In this document: positions 56,963-64,000 of the stretch, in pieces | Layout: the number at the start of each line of letters is the position of its first letter | Numbering within the stretch: the first letter of the stretch is position 1 | Source: Bacteroidales bacterium | Lineage (GTDB): Bacteria > Bacteroidota > Bacteroidia > Bacteroidales > G3-4614 | Reading direction: 5' to 3' | Assembly: GCA_017521245.1 (NCBI GenBank) | Contig: JAFXDI010000001.1 | Span: forward strand, 35,178 to 99,177 | DNA length: 64,000 nucleotides | Position numbers and translations under genes: made by a program | Notes under the pieces: model-generated | Seen by the model: the letters and a program-made list of their open reading frames with translations, nothing else | Database searches by the model: none | Told to the model about the DNA's origin: nothing

Positions 56963-58073
56963 ATGATAACAATAGAACAACTGAAAGAGACAGAAGAACG
57001 CAAGTTGGCGTTGAGGAGGTATCTTTGACCCCGATGGTAAGAAAATAGAGTTAGAAGAGGAGGAACTTCGTACTCACGTTCCAGATTTTTGGAACGACAG
57101 AGACAAAGCGGAGTTGCAGATGAAGAAGATAAAAGAACTCAAATACTGGATTGACGGATACAACCAAGTAGCAGCGGCAGTAGAGGAGTTACAACTTGCC
57201 TACGAATTTTTAAAAGAGGGAGTTGTTGAAGAGGCAGACGTTGATAAAGCATACGAAAGAGCAATAAATTTGGTATCAGAATTAGAACTTCGCAATATGT
57301 TACGACGCGAAGAGGATAAAATGGATGCCGTAATAAAGATAAACTCAGGAGCAGGAGGCACTGAAAGTCAAGATTGGGCAGAGATGCTAATGCGTATGTA
57401 TTCGCGCTGGTGCGAATCAAAAGGATACAAACTCGCAATAGACCACCTGATAGAGGGCGATGAAGCAGGAATAAAAACCGTAACCATGCATGCCGAAGGA
57501 GCATTTGCATACGGTTACCTAAAAGGCGAAAACGGAGTACACCGTTTGGTAAGAGTATCACCATATAATGCACAAGGAAAACGAATGACATCCTTTGCAT
57601 CAGTATTCATCACACCCCTTGTAGATGACTCAATCGAAGTAAAAGTAGATGTCTCTGCAATATCGTGGGATACCTTCCGTTCTGGAGGTGCAGGCGGACA
57701 GAACGTAAACAAAGTAGAGTCGGGAGTACGCCTACGCTATAACTACAAAGATCCCTATACAGGCGAAGAGGAGGAGATATTGATTGAGAACACCGAGACT
57801 CGCGACCAGCCAAAAAACCGTGAAAATGCTATGCGACAACTCCGCTCAATACTATACGACAAAGAGTTGAAACACCGTATGGAAGAACAGGCAAAAGTAG
57901 AGGCAGGAAAGAAAAAAATAGAGTGGGGCTCACAAATACGCAGTTACGTGTTTGATGATAGAAGAGTAAAAGATCATCGCACCAACTATCAAACATCCGA
58001 TGTAGTAGGAGTAATGGACGGAGACTTAGATCAATTCATAAAATCGTACCTAATGGAGTTTGGAGGAGAGTAA
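56963..58073 (+). CDS. prfB: peptide chain release factor 2, expressed through a programmed +1 frameshift (join 56963..57025, 57027..58073)
   Basis: ORF0 reads MITIEQLKETEERKLALRRYL and stops at TGA 57026-57028. The +1 frame continues DPDGKKIELEEEELRTHVPDFWND... into the ORF-track entry 57114..58073. GGQ motif SGGAGGQNVNK. Confidence 0.9.
57011..57029 (+). promoter_or_regulatory. prfB +1 frameshift site (internal SD-like GAGGAGG, slippery CTT, TGA-C)
   Basis: ttGAGGAGGtatCTTTGAC. Compare the E. coli site AGGGGGTATCTTTGAC. Confidence 0.9.
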
Positions 58074-58096
58074 AACCCTAAAAAGCAGAGCAAAAA

Positions 58097-58870
58097 ATGG
58101 AACAACTAAAAGTAATAAAAGTAGGAGGCAAAATAGTAGAGGAGAGCGATACCCTTAATGTACTATTAAATGATTATGCAAAGGTAGAAGGATGCAAAAT
58201 ACTTGTACATGGAGGAGGACGTTCAGCAACAAAAATATCGGCACAATTAGGCATTGAAACCCAAATGATAGATGGTCGTAGAGTAACCGATGCCGAAACC
58301 CTTAAGGTGGTAACAATGGTATATGCAGGATTAGTAAACAAAACCATTGTAGCATCACTACAATCTCGAGGCATAAACGCCATAGGCGTATGCGGAGCAG
58401 ATGCAGGAATAATCCTGTCAAACAAACGCCCCGCAACACCAATTGATTACGGATATGTAGGAGACGTGGTAAAAGTAGATGGAGAAATGTTAGCCAACCT
58501 ATTACAAGGCGGAACATACCCCGTAGTAGCACCAATCACACACGATGGAAAAGGAAATCTGCTAAATACCAATGCCGACACCATAGCAAGTGAAGTAGCA
58601 AAAGGCGTAGCCGAAAAGTTTAATGTAACCCTAATCTATTGTTTCGAAAAACCAGGAGTATTAATGGATGAGAACGATGACAACTCGGTAATACCACTAA
58701 TAAACCGCGAGAAATTTGAAGAATTAAAAGCCGCAGGCATAGTATCGGGCGGAATGTTACCCAAACTCCAAAGTGCCTTCAAAGCATTAGAAGCAGGAGT
58801 AAAAGAGGTAGTAATTACTCACGCATCGGCAATAGACAACCCTCAAGCAGGGACACATATCGTATTATAG
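58097..58870 (+). CDS. argB: acetylglutamate kinase
   Basis: VIKVGGK, LVHGGG and NTNAD blocks of the amino-acid-kinase family. Length 257 aa. Confidence 0.87.
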   Translation: MEQLKVIKVGGKIVEESDTLNVLLNDYAKVEGCKILVHGGGRSATKISAQLGIETQMIDGRRVTDAETLKVVTMVYAGLVNKTIVASLQSRGINAIGVCGADAGIILSNKRPATPIDYGYVGDVVKVDGEMLANLLQGGTYPVVAPITHDGKGNLLNTNADTIASEVAKGVAEKFNVTLIYCFEKPGVLMDENDDNSVIPLINREKFEELKAAGIVSGGMLPKLQSAFKALEAGVKEVVITHASAIDNPQAGTHIVL

Positions 58871-58960
58871 TTTTTAGTTGTTAGTTTTAGCATATAATCT
58901 GCTATTCTAACAACTAAAAACTATCCCAGCGAGGTGGCGTTAGCCAACAACTAACAACTA
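58870..58960. repeat. composite 3'-flank element, copy e, between convergent argB and catalase
   Basis: A 15-bp perfect inverted repeat, GTTTTTAGTTGTTAG (58870-58884) and CTAACAACTAAAAAC (58907-58921). This is followed by tatcccagcgaggTGGCgttaGCCAACAACTAACAACTA, which runs into the catalase stop codon. Confidence 0.75.
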
Positions 58961-60459
58961 CTTGTTGCCTCAAACCTCTCTTTCTGACTCATACCGGCCA
59001 ATGATTTAACAACCTCCAGATCGAGGTTAAGCATCTCTGCCAATCTTGAGCCATACTCAGTATCGGCAAGGTAGCAGTGAGCACAATGACGCAGTTTCAC
59101 ATTCTCGGTAACAGGCATAATATCAGCAACCGTATTTTTTAGTAACAAGCAACGCTTCTCCTCGCACATTAAACGATATAAATTACCAGGCTGATAAAAA
59201 CAATTATCATCCCTATCCTCATAAGGGTTATACCTCATACTCTCCCCATCAGTAGGAGAGTAGGAGTATGCAGCACCCTTAGTCTGCCACTCTCCAATAC
59301 TGTTAGGCGAATAACCCTTGGTAGCACCCATATTACCATCAACACGCATCTGACCATCCCTATGGAAACTATGCATCGGACACCTTGCCCTATTAACAGG
59401 AATTTGGTCGTGATTAACACCCAAACGGTAGCGTTGAGCATCGCCATAAGAGAACAATCTACCCTGTAACATCTTGTCAGGCGAAAAACCAATACCAGGA
59501 ATCACGTGAGCAGGATTAAAAGCAGACTGTTCCACTTCGGCAAAATAGTTTTCAGGATTACGATTTAACTCCATAACCCCAACCTCAATAAGAGGAAAAT
59601 CCTTATGGCTCCACACCTTAGTAAGGTCAAACGGATTCTCCTTATAGTTTTCGGCTTCCTCCTCTGTCATAATCTGGAAATATAGTTTCCAACGAGGAAA
59701 ATCTCCTCTGTTAATAGCATCAAACAAGTCGCGTTGATGGCTCTCCCTATCTTTGGCAATAATAGCCTCAGCCTCTTCGTTCGATAAGTTCTTAATACCC
59801 TGCTGAGTAACCCAATGAAATTTAACCCAATGCCTAACCCCATCCTTGTTAATCAAACTATAAGTATGAGAACCAAATCCATGCATGTGTCTATAAGAAG
59901 CAGGAATACCCCTATCCGACATCACAATAGTAACCTGATGCAGAGCCTCAGGCAGCATAGTCCAAAAATCCCAATAGTTTTGAGGTGAACGCATATTAGT
60001 GTGAGGGTCTCGTTTAACAACATGATTTAAATCAGGAAATTGCAGAGGATCACGCAAAAAGAAAACAGGAGTATTATTACCAACCAAATCCCAATTACCC
60101 TCATCAGAGTAAAACTTGACAGCAAACCCTCTAATATCACGTTCCGCATCAGCCGCACCACGCTCCCCGGCAACGGTCGAGAATCTCACAAAAAGGTCGG
60201 TCTTTTTGCCCACCTCAGCAAAAACGGTAGCACACGTATATTTAGTAACATCTTTAGTAACAGTAAAAACCCCGTATGCACCACTCCCTTTAGCGTGCAT
60301 CCTACGTTCAGGAATAACCTCTCTGTCAAAGTGAGCAAGTTTCTCCAAATACCAAGTATCTTCCAATAACATAGCCCCCCTTTTACCCGCAGTAAGCGAG
60401 TTGGTGTTATCCTCAACAGGAGCCCCCACCTCATTAGTCAAAAACTTCTTATCCTTCAT
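58951..60459 (-). CDS. katA: monofunctional heme catalase
   Basis: FDRE.IPER..HAKG.GA.G.F, RFSTV and the proximal-Tyr region R.FSY.D.QRYR. Length 502 aa. Confidence 0.93.
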   Translation of the reverse strand: MKDKKFLTNEVGAPVEDNTNSLTAGKRGAMLLEDTWYLEKLAHFDREVIPERRMHAKGSGAYGVFTVTKDVTKYTCATVFAEVGKKTDLFVRFSTVAGERGAADAERDIRGFAVKFYSDEGNWDLVGNNTPVFFLRDPLQFPDLNHVVKRDPHTNMRSPQNYWDFWTMLPEALHQVTIVMSDRGIPASYRHMHGFGSHTYSLINKDGVRHWVKFHWVTQQGIKNLSNEEAEAIIAKDRESHQRDLFDAINRGDFPRWKLYFQIMTEEEAENYKENPFDLTKVWSHKDFPLIEVGVMELNRNPENYFAEVEQSAFNPAHVIPGIGFSPDKMLQGRLFSYGDAQRYRLGVNHDQIPVNRARCPMHSFHRDGQMRVDGNMGATKGYSPNSIGEWQTKGAAYSYSPTDGESMRYNPYEDRDDNCFYQPGNLYRLMCEEKRCLLLKNTVADIMPVTENVKLRHCAHCYLADTEYGSRLAEMLNLDLEVVKSLAGMSQKERFEATSSC

Positions 60460-60596
60460 AATACAAATAAATTTACATTATAGAATAATAACCCCCATCT
60501 CCCCAATTTTGTTGAAGAAATAATACTATTTCTCTCTAAATTTATACAATATCATCATTTTGCCCTAAATCAACTTGTTGAGTCAGATAAAATGGT

Positions 60597-60604
60597 TATA
60601 TTTG
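60597..60604 (+). promoter_or_regulatory. candidate -7 box (TATATTTG) for the GH84 gene
   Basis: Exact TAnnTTTG match 65 nt upstream of the ATG at 60669. Confidence 0.45.
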
Positions 60605-60668
60605 CAATTAGTGTGTATAAAACCACAAAAGGTAAAGAGATAATCAAAAACAAACATCTATATAAACT

Positions 60669-63410
60669 ATGTTTAAAATCAGATTTTTATCAATCGTAAT
60701 GTCGGCTCTATTTTTGATGAGTTGTACGGCAGAGTTAAAAGTGCGTATTAACCCAACACCTCAAAAAATTGAGATGGCTAAAAAGGGTAGTTTGAATGTT
60801 GCAAAAGGTTTTGCACCTGAAGGAGAGTCGGAGTTGGTTGCCCAATCACTTGTTCATTTAAATATAACAGAGAATGGTGTGCCCACTTCGTTTATCATTG
60901 ATAAGGCTATTGCTCAAACAGATAGTATGCTTGATAAGAGTGGAGCATATATCCTTGAAGTAAACAAAGAGGGTATATTTGTTTCGGCATACGATGAGCG
61001 TGGAGCATTCTACGCAATACAAACACTAAAACAACTATCAACTGAGAACGAGATTCCATATATGACAATAACTGACTATCCCGATATGCCATATCGCGGA
61101 GTAGTTGAGGGATTTTATGGAACACCATGGTCGCACGAAACACGCGTTTCGTTACTCGATTTCTATGGTAAGTTCAAAATGAACTCATACCTATATGGTC
61201 CCAAAGATGATCCATATCATAGTTCTCCCTACTGGCGTTTGCCATATCCCGAAGAGGAGGCTCAAAAAATCAAAGAGTTGGTAGGAGCATCAAAACGTAA
61301 CTATGTTGATTTCATCTGGGCAATTCATCCAGGAAAAGATATTAAATGGAACGAGAGTGATTACAAAAAACTATATGAGAAGTTTGAATCGATGTACGAT
61401 TTAGGTATTCGCTCATTCGCTCTATTCTTTGATGACATTGAGGGAATAGGAACACGTCCCGATATGCAGGCTCAACTTCTCAACCGCCTACACACCGAGT
61501 TTGTTGAGGTAAAAGGAGATGTTGCACCATTGATTATTTGTCCAACCGACTACACTAAACTTTGGGCAAATCCTGCACCAGATGGATATTTGGCACTATT
61601 GGGCAAAGTGTTACATCCATCAATACACGTAATGTGGACAGGAGATTTTGTTTGTGGCGACATTACCCCTGAAACACTCGATTGGGTAAGTGAGCGTATC
61701 AAACGCCCATCGTTTATATGGTGGAACTACCCTGTAACCGACTATGTTCGTAACCTTATACTTCAAGGACCAGTATATGGATTAGACAGTACAGCAACAA
61801 CTTCTACTATGGCAGGATTTGTAAGCAACCCAATGGAGCATGGTGAGGCATCAAAATTGGCTCTTTACGGAGTTGCCGATTACACTTGGAATATTAGTGA
61901 TTACGCTCCTATGGATAATTGGGAGAATGGTTTGCAAGAGTTGATGCCTAACGCAAAAGAGGCATACCGCACATTCGCAATTCACTCATGCGATACCGAA
62001 ACAGGATACCGCCGTGATGAATCGTGGGAGACCGAAACATTCACAGTTGAGGAGTACACGCAAGCACAATACGATGCATTAATGGCAGAGTTTAAAAAGA
62101 TAGAAGCAGCACCTGCAACAATCGACTCATTCTGTATAAATCGAGCATTGGTTGAGGAACTCCGTCCATGGTTGGTTGAGTTTGAGAAACTTGGAGTAAG
62201 AGGACAAAACACCCTTGAGTTGATAAAACTTTACGAGGCAGGAGAGTATGAGAAGTTCTGGAACTTGTTTGAAGAGAATCGTATGGACTTTGATGAGCAA
62301 GCAGCATATCTTGCACACAAATCGGGAACATTAAAACTACAACCCTTTATTGAGAATACAACCGATGCATTGGCAAACAAATACTACTCAACCGTATCGG
62401 GAACGCCTCTTGCAGTACGCAAAGCAATAGGAACATTTGCAAACCTTGCAACTACACAAGTAAAGCCAATGTTTGATGGCGACAAAAATAGTTTCTACAC
62501 ATCTGGCGATGCTCAAAAAGATGGCAGTTGGATAGGTATGGACTTAGGAGAGGTAACAGAAGTTAAAACCATCATAATAAATCAAGGTCGCAATGTTCCC
62601 AACGATGTTGACTACTTTGATATGGCGCGATTAGAGTACTCTCTTGATGGCGAAAACTGGCAACTCTTACGCGATAACATTAATGGCGTATATGATGTAA
62701 TATGGGAGGGAGCACCTATTCAGGCACGTTATGTACGTTTGGCACGTAACGATGAGTCGGAGCGAAAGAACTGGGTAGCAGTTCGCTCATTTGAGGTAAA
62801 CCCTGTAAAACGCGAAGCATCAATATATACCAATGTTGAGCGACTTGCAAATAACCGAGTAACAACATTCAAAGATCAAATAGTAGTAAAACGCGTATTG
62901 GAGGTTATAACTCTTAATCCGGGCGAATATGTAGGAGTTGAGTTACCATTTATTGCAACCATAAAGAATGTAGATACAAAGTTTAATGCTCCACTTGTAG
63001 CAGAGTATTCACAAGATGGAGAGAAGTGGAGTACAAACTCAATGCCATGCCGTTATATACGTTATATAAATAACTCTTCTTCTGCCGTTGGAATGAAGAT
63101 GGATAAATTTGACCTTACAGCCGACCTGTCAGGAGCAAACGGAACAGAGAATGTATTTGACAAAAATTTTGAAACAACATACACCCCAACCGAAGAGGCT
63201 ACAATCATTTTACCCGAAGGCGTTAAAGAGTGTACAATTCTAATGCGTTCAGCAAATGGAGTAAAAGTAAAACAACTATCAGCAACAGGCGAGGAATTAG
63301 CAACTGCCGATGTAACATCGTTATACTACTCATTTGCTCCAGTAGCAGAGGTTAAGAAAATCGCAATCACAGGTAACCCCGAAATTTGCGAGATAGTATA
63401 TAAAAAGTAG
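60669..63410 (+). CDS. GH84-family beta-N-acetylglucosaminidase (O-GlcNAcase-like) with C-terminal F5/8-type-C (discoidin) and further beta-sandwich domains
   Basis: Lipoprotein-like signal (LFLMSCT). RGVVEGFYGTPWSHETRVSLLDFYGKFKMNSYLYGPKDDPYH and the catalytic pair in FALFFDDI match GH84 as I recall it from BT4395/NagJ. The discoidin-like segment is WIGMDLGEV...YVRLAR. Confidence 0.85.
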   Translation: MFKIRFLSIVMSALFLMSCTAELKVRINPTPQKIEMAKKGSLNVAKGFAPEGESELVAQSLVHLNITENGVPTSFIIDKAIAQTDSMLDKSGAYILEVNKEGIFVSAYDERGAFYAIQTLKQLSTENEIPYMTITDYPDMPYRGVVEGFYGTPWSHETRVSLLDFYGKFKMNSYLYGPKDDPYHSSPYWRLPYPEEEAQKIKELVGASKRNYVDFIWAIHPGKDIKWNESDYKKLYEKFESMYDLGIRSFALFFDDIEGIGTRPDMQAQLLNRLHTEFVEVKGDVAPLIICPTDYTKLWANPAPDGYLALLGKVLHPSIHVMWTGDFVCGDITPETLDWVSERIKRPSFIWWNYPVTDYVRNLILQGPVYGLDSTATTSTMAGFVSNPMEHGEASKLALYGVADYTWNISDYAPMDNWENGLQELMPNAKEAYRTFAIHSCDTETGYRRDESWETETFTVEEYTQAQYDALMAEFKKIEAAPATIDSFCINRALVEELRPWLVEFEKLGVRGQNTLELIKLYEAGEYEKFWNLFEENRMDFDEQAAYLAHKSGTLKLQPFIENTTDALANKYYSTVSGTPLAVRKAIGTFANLATTQVKPMFDGDKNSFYTSGDAQKDGSWIGMDLGEVTEVKTIIINQGRNVPNDVDYFDMARLEYSLDGENWQLLRDNINGVYDVIWEGAPIQARYVRLARNDESERKNWVAVRSFEVNPVKREASIYTNVERLANNRVTTFKDQIVVKRVLEVITLNPGEYVGVELPFIATIKNVDTKFNAPLVAEYSQDGEKWSTNSMPCRYIRYINNSSSAVGMKMDKFDLTADLSGANGTENVFDKNFETTYTPTEEATIILPEGVKECTILMRSANGVKVKQLSATGEELATADVTSLYYSFAPVAEVKKIAITGNPEICEIVYKK

Positions 63411-63435
63411 TTTTTAACTACAAAATCATATAAGA

Positions 63436-63470
63436 AAAGGTTGTAACGTGAGCGTTACAACCTTTATCGT
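63436..63470 (+). terminator. hairpin terminator after the GH84 gene
   Basis: AAAGGTTGTAACG-tgag-CGTTACAACCTTT, 13-bp perfect arms, followed by a T-rich tract. Confidence 0.7.
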
Positions 63471-63493
63471 TTATTAGTCTAATAAAAATTCTT

Positions 63494-63535
63494 AATTTCT
63501 AATTGTGGCTTTAGCCACGAACTAATTCCTAATTA
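63494..63535. repeat. 3'-flank element, copy f (CTAATT-word variant with GTGGC-ttta-GCCAC core)
   Basis: aatttCTAATTgtGGCtTTAGCCacgaaCTAATTcCTAATT lies 7 nt from the galE stop. Confidence 0.55.
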
Positions 63536-63542
63536 ATATAAA

Positions 63543-64000
63543 TTACATAATACCGTCTCTGCGAAGTTTCTCTTGCCATTTCCAAGCCGAAGCTAGAGTA
63601 TCTTCCAAGTTCTCTTTTGCAACCCAGCCAAGAACGTTGTTTGCACGATCAGGGTTAGCCCATACTTTTTCGATATCACCTTCGCGTCTGCCAACAATCT
63701 TATAGTTAAGTTTAACTCCTGTTGCTGTCTCAAATGCGTTGATAAGTTCAAGAACTGAAACGCCACGACCAGTACCAAGGTTAAATATCTCAACTTTCTC
63801 TTCCGATTTGTTGGTTAACATTCTGTCAACTGCTATAACGTGAGCCTTAGCAAGGTCAACAACATTAATGTAGTCTCGGATACAAGAACCGTCGGGAGTA
63901 TCATAGTCGTCACCAAATACGCTCAACTCTTTGCGAATACCCATTGCTGTTTGAGTAACAAAGGGAACAAGGTTTTGAGGCACTCCATTAGGTAACTCTC
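63543..64000 (-). CDS. galE: UDP-glucose 4-epimerase, C-terminal part (5' end beyond the window)
   Basis: GDDYDTPDG.CIRDYI.V.DLA.AH, NLGTG.G.SVLE and A.P..A...LGW.A are GalE C-terminal blocks. The reading frame stays open to nt 64000. Confidence 0.87.
   Translation of the reverse strand, partial: ELPNGVPQNLVPFVTQTAMGIRKELSVFGDDYDTPDGSCIRDYINVVDLAKAHVIAVDRMLTNKSEEKVEIFNLGTGRGVSVLELINAFETATGVKLNYKIVGRREGDIEKVWANPDRANNVLGWVAKENLEDTLASAWKWQEKLRRDGIM

Noticed and set aside
57026-57028. An in-frame TGA splitting prfB, which could be read as a pseudogene or an assembly error
   Set aside because: The context GAGGAGG-TAT-CTT-TGA-C is the canonical programmed +1 frameshift site of RF2, and the +1 frame continues seamlessly into a full-length RF2.
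1-64000. CRISPR arrays, rRNA genes, transposases/integrases, diversity-generating or retron-type reverse transcriptases, and toxin-antitoxin pairs
   Set aside because: Reading both strands, I saw no regularly spaced repeat array, no rRNA-like sequence and no ORF with the corresponding motifs. The only repeats found are the short intergenic families and the 35-bp pair reported above.

Overview
The window reads as a low-GC Bacteroidales-type chromosome segment. Three things support this: recurrent TAnnTTTG -7 promoter boxes, a T9SS C-terminal sorting tail on a secreted enzyme, and uppS-bamA-ompH-ompH-murI synteny. I call about 58 protein genes, one tRNA-Arg(TCT), and no rRNA, CRISPR, transposase or integrase.

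Most genes are housekeeping: coaX, lptC, ppiD-like, rlmN, pdxA, glyA, pyrBI, pyrE, argH, argB, ribD, prmC, recX, uppS, bamA, murI, def, ruvX, cdsA, ftsH, rsfS, PBP1A, queA, apbE, catalase, and a galE fragment. prfB carries its canonical +1 programmed frameshift.

Accessory or unusual content:
1. A two-gene Type II 5mC restriction-modification cassette (10963-13382). It is visibly AT-richer than its flanks and is bracketed by perfect 35-bp direct repeats. It is the only defence module I can see.
2. Host-glycan enzymes scattered outside any SusC/D locus: a 1103-aa T9SS-targeted multidomain sialidase, a two-domain sialate O-acetylesterase, and a GH84 O-GlcNAcase-like enzyme.
3. A previously unannotated-looking family of short intergenic elements. 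These are CTAACAACTA-type words flanking a GGC..TTAGCC mini-palindrome, sitting directly against the stop codons of at least six genes. A second family of AT-rich palindromic terminators shares the 13-mer GACCAATTAGTCT.

I do not see a large multi-gene novel system. The repeat family and the repeat-bracketed R-M cassette are the best leads. All functional calls come from motif reading and recollection of protein families, with no database search.
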